This document shows positions 33,812-42,868 of a DNA stretch of 62,753 nucleotides, in pieces (the first letter of the stretch is position 1; each line of letters starts with the position of its first letter). This stretch comes from an uncultured virus (IMG/VR IMGVR_UViG_3300031758_000014) (Duplodnaviria; Heunggongvirae; Uroviricota; Caudoviricetes). The stretch is from IMG/VR virus record IMGVR_UViG_3300031758_000014; one strand, written 5' to 3'. Position numbers and translations under genes: made by a program. The notes under the pieces were generated by a model. The model did no database searches, was not told the origin of the DNA, and saw nothing but the letters and a program-made list of their open reading frames with translations.

Positions 33812-35458
33812 TTAGATAACTCTAGCATATCTTGGTGTAGAAAATCCACCTGTGTGAATGGAAAGAGCGTATAATAATATCTTAGTTAGTATTTTATCAA
33901 CTTCATTTTTAGTATTTCTTTCTCCGTTTGATAGAGTTCTTGGTGATTCATCTTTATTATCAATAATACTAAGTGCTCTTATTATTTGAAGAGATTGAAT
34001 TTTTGATATTAGTTTTTTTTCTAAACTATTATTATTTCTACCCTTTAAGTCATATGTTATTTTTATACCTACTGGTTTATATTTAGATATTTGATAATTT
34101 ATATCATCTATAATATTTTTTAATTCATCAACCGTTTTTTCTTTTAATTCATCAACCGTCTGTAATGGATTTTCTTTAATAACAGAATAAACATACTTAT
34201 AAAAAGGTGATTCTTCAATAAATTTTTTCATCATTGTGAAATTTATCTTTCCATGTCTAGCATAAACACCATCAATTTCAGCATCAACATTTTGAAATTT
34301 ACTAGAATCTGTTGTATCAATTTTTATATTTCTTTGTCTAATAATTGGTTTAATTTGTCCTTTTGGTATCCAAGTAGATAAAGTGTCAATTTTAGATCCA
34401 ATTCCCTTATCAACTTCTGGTTCTAAATGAAATTCAGTAACATCAAAATCTGGTAACTCAGCACCAGCTTCATTGTTTGTAATCACACGTCCACTTAATA
34501 GTTTAACACCAATTTTCTTTAGTGAAATAGGTATAAGTGTTCTTTTTTCAAATTCAGCATTTAATATTCTATTTAAATCTAAGATATCAACTGCTTTTTT
34601 TATTGAGTTACATATTTCATCATAATCATCTTGATTAGAAGTTATAGCCCAAACATCAGCTGGGCAATATTTAGAAAAGTCCGTAGTTATAAACTGTTTG
34701 TAATATTTTGGAAATTCACTAAACTCATCAGCTTTGGATAGTATTTTAAATTTATTTAAAATTACTTTATTTATTGAGTTTGGATTTTTATCTGAATTAT
34801 GATAGAATTGATAATTAATTCTATCATCAAATAAAATTCTACCACCAGAACTCGCATTAGCTATATTATTAATAGAGTTTTTAAAAGTAGCCATCCAAAA
34901 TTTATCATATAAAAAATAATCCATATTTCTGATTTTAAAATCATTTGTTATGTGGCAATTATTTGGATATACTTCACCTATAAATTGATCTAAATATTCA
35001 TTAACATCATTTTGCGTAAAGTTTCTACCTAATTCTATTCTTCTTGATATTAAAAACATTTGAATTATTTCATTCTCATTTGTGTTCATACCAGCCCCAG
35101 AAGATCCAAAATCAATAGATTTGAATAGGTCTGTTAGTTTATATGTATTACCATCAGAGGTTTTGAAAACTTTATTTCTAGCAAAAAATGGTTTTGATTT
35201 TTCTGGAGAGAAATTTCCGTGTTCATCGGTTATTTGAGATAGGGGATCTAAATCACTATCTATATCAATATATTGATTTGATCTTTTATCTAATATTTGT
35301 GTTACGATAATCTTAGTACCATTTGGTAATTCGAGAGGTTTATTATTTCTTATTTTATCAATTAAAATATCACCCCTTAGTTTATCATCTTTTGACTTTT
35401 CTAAGTCTTTAAATTTTAAATTTGCTTCAAAGAATTTACTAAATTTAATGATCTCCAT
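33812..35458 (-). CDS. hypothetical protein, possible PD-(D/E)xK nuclease-like
   Basis: PADVW and ISLKK motifs; N-terminal KFSKFFE. Confidence 0.55.
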   Translation of the reverse strand: MEIIKFSKFFEANLKFKDLEKSKDDKLRGDILIDKIRNNKPLELPNGTKIIVTQILDKRSNQYIDIDSDLDPLSQITDEHGNFSPEKSKPFFARNKVFKTSDGNTYKLTDLFKSIDFGSSGAGMNTNENEIIQMFLISRRIELGRNFTQNDVNEYLDQFIGEVYPNNCHITNDFKIRNMDYFLYDKFWMATFKNSINNIANASSGGRILFDDRINYQFYHNSDKNPNSINKVILNKFKILSKADEFSEFPKYYKQFITTDFSKYCPADVWAITSNQDDYDEICNSIKKAVDILDLNRILNAEFEKRTLIPISLKKIGVKLLSGRVITNNEAGAELPDFDVTEFHLEPEVDKGIGSKIDTLSTWIPKGQIKPIIRQRNIKIDTTDSSKFQNVDAEIDGVYARHGKINFTMMKKFIEESPFYKYVYSVIKENPLQTVDELKEKTVDELKNIIDDINYQISKYKPVGIKITYDLKGRNNNSLEKKLISKIQSLQIIRALSIIDNKDESPRTLSNGERNTKNEVDKILTKILLYALSIHTGGFSTPRYARVI

Positions 35459-35482
35459 AAACTATATATAAAATATATAATT

Positions 35483-36031
35483 TTATAAAGTATCTTTTTT
35501 GGGTTTAAATATCTCCAAAACTTTTATCTTAACAATAATTCTACCAGTTTTGTGATTTCCTATTTTATTGAATGCGTTTTTGCTTAAATCAATTCTCATG
35601 CCTTTGGTACCACCCATTCTATCAGTTATTTCAACTGTATCTGATTTATTATTACTTATATTAGTAACTAAAATTCTACTCTTTTTTGGTAAGTGATTAT
35701 AAGCAGCAGTTGAGTATTCTCTGTGAACTTTTCGGTGTCCATCGGTTTTATACCAGGTTGCTATATGATCGGTTTTCTCAATTTTATCAATATTGTGTTT
35801 AACTTCTGTTTTGATAAACTTTATGTTTTTATCTAATTCTTTTTTAAAACCTTTTTCGGTATTATTAAAATCAATTGGTTTTGATAGTTTTAGAACTTTT
35901 ATATCTTTAAAATTATTTCTTAATCTTAAATCAATTTTTGTATTTGCTTTTTTATTTATTGCGTAAATAAAATTATAAGTTAAAGATGAACTTATAAAAA
36001 TAAGTAAAAGCGTAGCTATTATTCTCTTCAT
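35483..36031 (-). CDS. RlpA-like double-psi beta-barrel protein
   Basis: ATWY, TAAY..LP, VTN..N, V.ITDR, IDLS..AF. Confidence 0.8.
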   Translation of the reverse strand: MKRIIATLLLIFISSSLTYNFIYAINKKANTKIDLRLRNNFKDIKVLKLSKPIDFNNTEKGFKKELDKNIKFIKTEVKHNIDKIEKTDHIATWYKTDGHRKVHREYSTAAYNHLPKKSRILVTNISNNKSDTVEITDRMGGTKGMRIDLSKNAFNKIGNHKTGRIIVKIKVLEIFKPKKDTL

Positions 36032-36079
36032 AAGGAATTTATTTTTAAAAATTATTATATGATTTAAAGGATGAAAAGT

Positions 36080-36268
36080 TTAAATATCTTTAAACTTTTT
36101 AATTATTCTATATTTTAGAAGTGGTTTATCGTTGATGGTGATATCACCTTTTTTATTTTTACCAATCTTTTTTACCTTGACTTTTTTATTTTTGAATCTA
36201 CCGCCTAATACAGTATCACCAACTTCAATTGGAATTTTTATATCTTCAAATGTTTTTAAGTATTTCAT
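36080..36268 (-). CDS. small basic protein with MKYLKTFE N-terminus
   Basis: VGDTVLGGRFKNK. Confidence 0.65.
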   Translation of the reverse strand: MKYLKTFEDIKIPIEVGDTVLGGRFKNKKVKVKKIGKNKKGDITINDKPLLKYRIIKKFKDI

Positions 36269-37653
36269 GAAAATGTATTAATTGGTTTTTCTAATCTATT
36301 TTCCCAACCTTTTCCAAACTCTTCTTTCTCATCAGCATCGGCATTTGTCAAGTATTGTTCTAATCTATTATTTTTTATAAATTTATGTAATTTTTTAAGA
36401 TCTTCATTATCCATTTTATTTATAACTGGTGTTAATTTGTCATGAACATCGTTCCAACTATCAATATTATCAACATCATGTCCTAAATCATCCATAGCAT
36501 AAACTAAGACTTTCTTAGCAGCTCCTGGTCCTTGATTAACACAAGCATCATATAAAATGTTCGCAATTGGTTGGCTTTTAATATTGTGAAATCCTTGTGG
36601 ATTCCAATATTCAGCTTCGTATATTTTAGTTGCAGTCTCTTTTGATAAAGTCTTCATTATGTTTTTCCATTTGACACCTATATCTTTTTTATTAACAAAC
36701 TTTTGATCAAGTTTCCATTGTTCGCCAAAAGAAAGTAATCCTCTACCACAGAGTTCTTCATATCTATGACCATAACATTGTTTTAAAGCTTTAATTTCTT
36801 CATTTGTTGATGGTTTTATATTTGTTTTTATTAATGTGAAGGCTGCTATACCATGATTTGTACCAATTAAATATCCAGATTTATCACCGGTTGTATAATT
36901 TCCACCATCTGTTGGATTTTCTGTATATCCACCCTCAGCAAATGAGACTAATTTATTAGCTTCATCAAAAGAAGATTTTTTTGAGTTATCAACTTTAGTG
37001 TCTTTAACTTCAGCGCTGACCGTAGTTTCTTTCTCTGGTGAAATTGAAGTCATTTTAACTTCTTTTAAAACTGGTTCTTTAGCTATATCACTATCAGTTA
37101 TCAACTTACCGATTGGTAAACTTGTTACAGTGAATATTAGAATTGCTAATCTTGTAAACAAGTCTTTTTTAATAGTATATGGTAATTCTTTTAATTCTTG
37201 AACAAACTTATCAAAATACTTTTTAACTTGTTCTTTATCTAATTTTTGAATAAAGGCTTTGATTTTTTCAGTTGGAAAAAGTTTAATATCAAAACTAACA
37301 GGTTCTTCGCCTTGATTTATATAATCTTTAAATTTACCTAATTTTGTTCTTATTTTAGATGCTTTTGATTTAGCTAAATCAACATACTTTTTAATATCTT
37401 TTTTAAGATCTTTAGTTTGTTTTTCGATCTCCCACTCAATCTGTAATGGATCTTCATCTTTTGTCGGTTCAAACTTTTTGGACGGTTCGATATCCCAAGT
37501 GATAGTATCTCCTACATTTACTTTATCTTCAGGTTTAGTAAAATCCCACTCCATTGTAGGTGAATTACTTTCAACCATTTTGAAAATTTCATAGATTATT
37601 TGTTGAAATTGATTTTCTAAAAGAAAATCATCATATTTAGATATTTTGTTCAT
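36265..37653 (-). CDS. protein with C-terminal glycoside hydrolase family 108 (lysozyme) domain
   Basis: EGGY..P.DGG..T, TNHGI, IY...YW, D..VNQG, GW.NRL. Confidence 0.8.
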   Translation of the reverse strand: MNKISKYDDFLLENQFQQIIYEIFKMVESNSPTMEWDFTKPEDKVNVGDTITWDIEPSKKFEPTKDEDPLQIEWEIEKQTKDLKKDIKKYVDLAKSKASKIRTKLGKFKDYINQGEEPVSFDIKLFPTEKIKAFIQKLDKEQVKKYFDKFVQELKELPYTIKKDLFTRLAILIFTVTSLPIGKLITDSDIAKEPVLKEVKMTSISPEKETTVSAEVKDTKVDNSKKSSFDEANKLVSFAEGGYTENPTDGGNYTTGDKSGYLIGTNHGIAAFTLIKTNIKPSTNEEIKALKQCYGHRYEELCGRGLLSFGEQWKLDQKFVNKKDIGVKWKNIMKTLSKETATKIYEAEYWNPQGFHNIKSQPIANILYDACVNQGPGAAKKVLVYAMDDLGHDVDNIDSWNDVHDKLTPVINKMDNEDLKKLHKFIKNNRLEQYLTNADADEKEEFGKGWENRLEKPINTFS

Positions 37654-37668
37654 AAAGTATATATTAAT

Positions 37669-38052
37669 TTATGAATCTTTTTTTCTATCCAACTTCTTCT
37701 GTTTTTGTTCTTCTGATAAAAAACTTGAAGGTAATATCTTATCTTCTTGTTTAAATACTTTTAATAATATGAAAACTAATGTACCACCTGGTAAAATACT
37801 TAATGAAGTAAGACCTAAAACTTTGAAAAGATCACCAGCTTGTTCTTTAACTCTATTTTTCTCTTCTTTCGTCAAATCTCTTCTTTTACCATCTTCATCC
37901 AATAGTTCACCTCTCGATTCTTTTAAAACTAAATCGAATGCTTCTTTTGTTTCTTTGCCTTCTTTTTGTAACTTGTCAATAAAATCGTCAAAACGATTTT
38001 TTAATTTATCGACAAGTCTATTTAGACCTTTCATTGACTTTAAGTATTTCAT
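37669..38052 (-). CDS. LETM1-like small membrane protein
   Basis: EQAGDLFK..ILPGG..LPSSF. Confidence 0.55.
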   Translation of the reverse strand: MKYLKSMKGLNRLVDKLKNRFDDFIDKLQKEGKETKEAFDLVLKESRGELLDEDGKRRDLTKEEKNRVKEQAGDLFKVLGLTSLSILPGGTLVFILLKVFKQEDKILPSSFLSEEQKQKKLDRKKDS

Positions 38053-38118
38053 ATTATAAAACAAAAATATTAATAAGTTATATACTATATATAAAAAAAT
38101 ATATTTAACTTTGTAATT

Positions 38119-38877
38119 ATGAAAATTTATTATTTAGGAGATATTCACGGCAACTTTAATGTTATACATCAATATATCAATCGATTTGATATAAAAGATG
38201 CTCATATCATTCAAGTTGGTGATTTTGGTGTTGGGTTTAAATCTCTTGAAAAAGAGAAACGATTGCTTGAAATGTATCATGATCGATTGGTTAAGAATAA
38301 TGTTACTGTTTGGGCAATTCGTGGAAATCATGATTACAAACCACATTTTGATTTAGATCCATTTGGATTTACTAATATTAAACTAATTCCAGATTACACT
38401 GTTTTAGAATTATTTGGTAAGAGAATTCTTTGTGTTGGTGGTGCTGTCAGTGTTGACCGTACTTGGAGATATACATTTAAACAAAAGAATGGTGTTTTTG
38501 AGAACCAAGGTCTTGGTATTGAAAGTTGGTGGCCAGATGAAATATTTCAATTAGATATAGATAAAATCTGTGCAATGAGAGATATTGATATTGTTGTAAC
38601 ACATACTTGTCCTCATTACTGTCCACCTGATAATACATTTAGTTTTGGTCCATTTGTTGAAGGCATTATTCGTGATACTGGTGATGTTGGATTAAAAACA
38701 GATTTGAATGTTGAAAGACAAGCTGTGACTGAAATGTTTCATCTTTTAAAACTAAATGGCAATAATGTTAAATATCATTACTATGGTCACTTCCATAATA
38801 GTGAAGTTCAAAATTATGAAGATTGTCAACATCGTATGTTAGGTGTTGGTGAGTTATGGTTACAGGCTGATTTTTAA
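38119..38877 (+). CDS. calcineurin-like metallophosphoesterase
   Basis: GDIHG, VGDFG, RGNHD, THTCP, YGHFH. Confidence 0.9.
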   Translation: MKIYYLGDIHGNFNVIHQYINRFDIKDAHIIQVGDFGVGFKSLEKEKRLLEMYHDRLVKNNVTVWAIRGNHDYKPHFDLDPFGFTNIKLIPDYTVLELFGKRILCVGGAVSVDRTWRYTFKQKNGVFENQGLGIESWWPDEIFQLDIDKICAMRDIDIVVTHTCPHYCPPDNTFSFGPFVEGIIRDTGDVGLKTDLNVERQAVTEMFHLLKLNGNNVKYHYYGHFHNSEVQNYEDCQHRMLGVGELWLQADF

Positions 38878-38878
38878 T

Positions 38879-39073
38879 ATGAGAAGTGAAACAATAATTT
38901 ATTTAAGGTGGAAACTTACTGGTAGAATTGAGCACTTTGTAAACTTAGGTAAGTTATACTTCTATTACTCTGAAGCTGAATTAGGAGTATCGAGGCATAC
39001 TTTGAATAAAAAAGATTTATTTGATGGTTATCAAAATGATACTATTGAAGTAAGAAAAACTATTGTTAGATAA
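38879..39073 (+). CDS. hypothetical protein
   Basis: Start reassigned to MRSE. Confidence 0.55.
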   Translation: MRSETIIYLRWKLTGRIEHFVNLGKLYFYYSEAELGVSRHTLNKKDLFDGYQNDTIEVRKTIVR

Positions 39074-39096
39074 GAGACCAAATTGGTCTCTTTTTT

Positions 39097-39306
39097 TTAT
39101 CCAGTTACTATAATTTCACCTAAATTATGTGATAGTATCATCCACTTGAAATTATGTCTTTTTAATAAATTTAATGTTTTATTCTGCATGGTAGTTGAAT
39201 TACCAGTTACAATAGAAAATGGTGGTTTGTTCAACAGAATAAAGTCTTCAACAATCATATCAACATCAATGTGTTTTATTCCATGTAGATCTAATTTATT
39301 TTTCAT
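39097..39306 (-). CDS. stand-alone Smr-domain protein
   Basis: LDLHG and IVTG.S motifs. Confidence 0.75.
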   Translation of the reverse strand: MKNKLDLHGIKHIDVDMIVEDFILLNKPPFSIVTGNSTTMQNKTLNLLKRHNFKWMILSHNLGEIIVTG

Positions 39307-39374
39307 ATTTAATATATATAAAAATATTTAAAAAGATGGTTATTTAATCATTTTTAAAAAATAAATTAATCACT

Positions 39375-39524
39375 ATGGCTGCAAAAGCATCAAAAACATC
39401 AAACGTGAGAACTCACATTGCGAAGCCTCACAAAAAAAGACCTGGAGTTCACTCTAAAAAGAAATCTTCTAAATCTAAAAGAGCTAAAAACTATAAAAAG
39501 TCATATAAAGGTCAAGGTAGATAA
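39375..39524 (+). CDS. 49-aa highly basic peptide ending YKGQGR
   Basis: Manual translation MAAKASKTSNVRTHIAKPHKKRPGVHSKKKSSKSKRAKNYKKSYKGQGR; followed by terminator. Confidence 0.7.
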   Translation: MAAKASKTSNVRTHIAKPHKKRPGVHSKKKSSKSKRAKNYKKSYKGQGR

Positions 39525-39630
39525 TAAAAAAAGTGGTATAAATTATACCACTTTTTTTATTAAAAACATTAATATGAGTAGATAATAAAAAAAGTGGTAT
39601 AAATTATACCACTTTTTTTATTAAAAACAT
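39517..39630. repeat. 53-bp direct repeat containing a terminator hairpin (39517-39569, 39578-39630)
   Basis: gtagataataaaaaaagtggtataaattataccactttttttattaaaaacat occurs twice. Confidence 0.9.
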
Positions 39631-39656
39631 ATAATGAATAAAAATGTATAATTAAT

Positions 39657-39980
39657 ATGATTTTACAAATATTTTATATTGTTTTTTTGATGTTTATTTG
39701 GTTTAAAACTGATTTCTTTGTGGAATATTCAAAAATATTTAAACTTTCTAAGTTATTTAAAATCCAAAATTGGAATGATTATAGAAATATAAATCCTAAA
39801 ATAAGTTATTTAGAGTATATTAGAATAAAGCATTCAACATTTTTAGTCAAGATTATTACTTGTGAATATTGTCTTCTTTTCTGGATAGTTTTAATTAGTT
39901 GTTTATTTATGAAAAATATAATATATACACCATTTATATATGTGGTGAGTCTTTTAATATATAAATTGTTATGGAAATAA
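39657..39980 (+). CDS. membrane protein with CxxCxxFW motif
   Basis: Hydrophobic segments; ITCEYCLLFW. Confidence 0.6.
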   Translation: MILQIFYIVFLMFIWFKTDFFVEYSKIFKLSKLFKIQNWNDYRNINPKISYLEYIRIKHSTFLVKIITCEYCLLFWIVLISCLFMKNIIYTPFIYVVSLLIYKLLWK

Positions 39981-40231
39981 GTAAAATTTTAGTAGTTCAG
40001 TCTCCGGTTCACTTTTGGAACCTATTAAAAAATCGAGAAGAGATTTTTGAAAATGTTTTGGATTTAGTAATGTTTATTGATACTGTTGACCTTTATATTA
40101 ATGGTTGTGAGTGTGATAAAAAAACTAACTATAATTTAATGATTGGTCAATATAATAGCATTAAAGATAATCCGGTTATGATAAATTATCTCTTAAAATC
40201 TTTTGAATGTGATAAAATTAGATTTCAATAA
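39971..40231 (+). CDS. hypothetical protein
   Basis: ORF track. Confidence 0.6.
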   Translation: MEISKILVVQSPVHFWNLLKNREEIFENVLDLVMFIDTVDLYINGCECDKKTNYNLMIGQYNSIKDNPVMINYLLKSFECDKIRFQ

Positions 40232-40260
40232 AAAACCCACTCAAATAGAGTGGGTTTTTT

Positions 40261-40677
40261 TTATTGAACACTTACTATTTCAATATCAAAGACTAATTCT
40301 TTTCCTGCTAATGGATGATTTCCATTAATAACAACGTGGTCTTCATTAACAGCTTCAACTATTACTCTAACTGGTTGTCCATCACCAGAATCAGCTTGTA
40401 ATTCTTGACCTACTTCAACTTGTCCTGGTAATTTATCTAATGGAACTTGTACAAATAATTCTTGTCTAACTTCACCGTAAGCTTCGTTAGCTGGAATATT
40501 TATAGTAACTTTATCTCCTACGTTTTTTCCCAAAATAGCATTTTCAAATCCTGGTATAATTTGACCAGTACCAACTTGAAATTGTAATGGATCTCTTCCT
40601 TCAGAAGTATCAAAAACTTCATTATCTGGAAATCTCCCTGTGTAATGTACTTCAACAGTACTTCCTTGTGTAACCAT
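40261..40677 (-). CDS. slyD: FKBP-type peptidyl-prolyl isomerase (SlyD-like, no His-rich tail)
   Basis: VHYTG..VFDTS, IPGFE, AYG, NHPLAGK.L.F. Confidence 0.9.
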   Translation of the reverse strand: MVTQGSTVEVHYTGRFPDNEVFDTSEGRDPLQFQVGTGQIIPGFENAILGKNVGDKVTINIPANEAYGEVRQELFVQVPLDKLPGQVEVGQELQADSGDGQPVRVIVEAVNEDHVVINGNHPLAGKELVFDIEIVSVQ

Positions 40678-40761
40678 ATATTATTTTATTTTTTATTTAT
40701 ACTATAAATTTTTAAAAAAGTTTATTTTACAAACTTTTGATAGTTTTTTGATAGAAAATAT

Positions 40762-41088
40762 ATGATTCCTTTTTCTGATATTGAAAAACTAAATTCAGTA
40801 ATTAATGAAGCTGATACGAGGTATAATTATATGATTATATCAGCTCATATATTTAATATGTTAGAAAACCTACCTGATTTTTATATAAATCCAATGGATA
40901 AAAAATTTAATGAAGGTATTATAAAAGTTGGTGTTTATAAATACTATGATGTTTATTTGGACTTATTAATGCCTCCAAATGAAATTCTTTTTTATTGTGA
41001 CAAGTCTTCGATGAGAGATCAGAAGTTGGATATGTTATTAAATGGAAGTGATCATGTATTAAAAGAAAAAAGAGTTAGTATTAACTAA
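40762..41088 (+). CDS. hypothetical protein with near-terminal tag (RDQKLDMLL)
   Basis: ORF track. Confidence 0.65.
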   Translation: MIPFSDIEKLNSVINEADTRYNYMIISAHIFNMLENLPDFYINPMDKKFNEGIIKVGVYKYYDVYLDLLMPPNEILFYCDKSSMRDQKLDMLLNGSDHVLKEKRVSIN

Positions 41089-41113
41089 CTCTTTTTGGAA
41101 TTCATATTTAAAA

Positions 41114-42841
41114 TTATTTATCAAAATTTTTAAAATTTAATATTTTATTTTCATTAGTTTCATCTTTGATAATATTACCTTGTTTATCCATTTTAGTAAC
41201 ATCTTCAGTTGGTACAACTTTATAATTTACTTCAGGTTCTTTTGGTGTATATTTAGATTCTTCATCATCTTTCCATTTTAAACCAAAGTCCCATTTAACT
41301 CCTGATAAATCACCAATTATTTTATTTTTAAATAGATCTACATATTTTTTACCTTCATTATTTAGAATTAATTTACTAACTTCAACAGTCTCACCATTTT
41401 CATTTTCAGTTTCCTTAGATACCTTACCAAAAACATTTGAAATTGAACCAATACCACCGTGTCCACCAGAAACAGTAATTTCATCTTGACCAATTGTAGT
41501 ATCAGGATCATAATAATTTAAATGTTCTTTAAAGTTATTTAATAAATAAGTCATATATTCACCTAAATCATTAATAGGTTGTCCAGCACGTGGTCCACTT
41601 TTGTAGTTAGGAACTTCCATATCTTTGATATTTCCATAAGCACAAACTTGTAAAGTTCCACCATATTGAAGTAAGATGAATTTTGGTAATTTAGGTACTG
41701 TCCAAACGTTTCCAAACTTATCAATTCTTCTACTCATTAAATAAATTTCATCTTCTGATAAAAATTCTTTTAATTTAGTTGGGTTTAGAGAATCAAGTTT
41801 ATCTAATTTCCCATCTGATATAGCAGTAGATATTTTATTCATTATTATACCCATTTCATAATCTTCTTGTATAATAGTTCTTGCTCTAAGTGCGTTAGCC
41901 CAAGTTCCAGTCGGTACAAAAGCTAAATCACCAATCATTGCATATCCATCAGCGAAAATAGATCCTGAATTACCATCTGTTACATATCCACCTGTTCTTT
42001 GAAAATCCGCTAAGAACTCACTTTGTGACATATAAACTTTTTTATTCTTTTTAGAACCTCTTGTTTTCTTTTGCATTTCACCAAGTCTCCATTCAGCATC
42101 CTTTAAGAAATCTTTTGGTTGACCAGTTCTTGGAAATTTATTATGCTCACCATAAACCTTTTTCATTGCGTTAAAAATAGAGAATATAGAAGCGTCATAG
42201 CAATTGTGAATTACCGAGATAAGAGTTTTGTGATCACCTCTTTTTAACATTTGGTTAAAAGCAGCTGCAAACTCTAATCTACTTTTTTCACTTTTTTTAA
42301 TATCAGATAAATTGTAATCTAAAAGTCTCTTCCAAGAAACACCATACTCATCATATTTAGCAGCGTCAATCATTCTAATAACTGATACTGTTAAATCATC
42401 TTGTGGAATTCCTAAGTTTAAGCAAATTGCCTCATAAGCTGAAGCTGTTTCTGATTTACCAACTGGTGCTGATTTATACTTTTCTTTTTGTTCTGGTGTA
42501 AATACTCCGTGATGATCTAAGTAGTAATCAATATATTCGTCTCTTTCATCACCTGGCATATTAGCAAAGTCAACAACAACGTTAATAAGTTTTGGATCAA
42601 CTGTTGTGTATTTCCAACCATCTGAATAATTTAAAATACCATATTTAACAATTGTAAATCCGTTATCAATTAAGTATTTTTTAACTTCTATCGCACTAAA
42701 TATACCATCCATATCATCGTGTGTATAAAGAGCAACTTTTTTACCATCTTTGCCTTTCTTTAACCAATAATCTTCTTTCTTTGGAAGTCTTGGTGAAGCT
42801 TCTTCATTTATGAAGTTAAAATATTTTTTTAAAATTCTCAT
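41114..42841 (-). CDS. DHH-family phosphoesterase-like protein
   Basis: YTHDDMDG, VVDF, LDHH, GGH.G. Confidence 0.75.
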   Translation of the reverse strand: MRILKKYFNFINEEASPRLPKKEDYWLKKGKDGKKVALYTHDDMDGIFSAIEVKKYLIDNGFTIVKYGILNYSDGWKYTTVDPKLINVVVDFANMPGDERDEYIDYYLDHHGVFTPEQKEKYKSAPVGKSETASAYEAICLNLGIPQDDLTVSVIRMIDAAKYDEYGVSWKRLLDYNLSDIKKSEKSRLEFAAAFNQMLKRGDHKTLISVIHNCYDASIFSIFNAMKKVYGEHNKFPRTGQPKDFLKDAEWRLGEMQKKTRGSKKNKKVYMSQSEFLADFQRTGGYVTDGNSGSIFADGYAMIGDLAFVPTGTWANALRARTIIQEDYEMGIIMNKISTAISDGKLDKLDSLNPTKLKEFLSEDEIYLMSRRIDKFGNVWTVPKLPKFILLQYGGTLQVCAYGNIKDMEVPNYKSGPRAGQPINDLGEYMTYLLNNFKEHLNYYDPDTTIGQDEITVSGGHGGIGSISNVFGKVSKETENENGETVEVSKLILNNEGKKYVDLFKNKIIGDLSGVKWDFGLKWKDDEESKYTPKEPEVNYKVVPTEDVTKMDKQGNIIKDETNENKILNFKNFDK

Positions 42842-42868
42842 TATATTTTATGTCTTTTTTTTATATAT

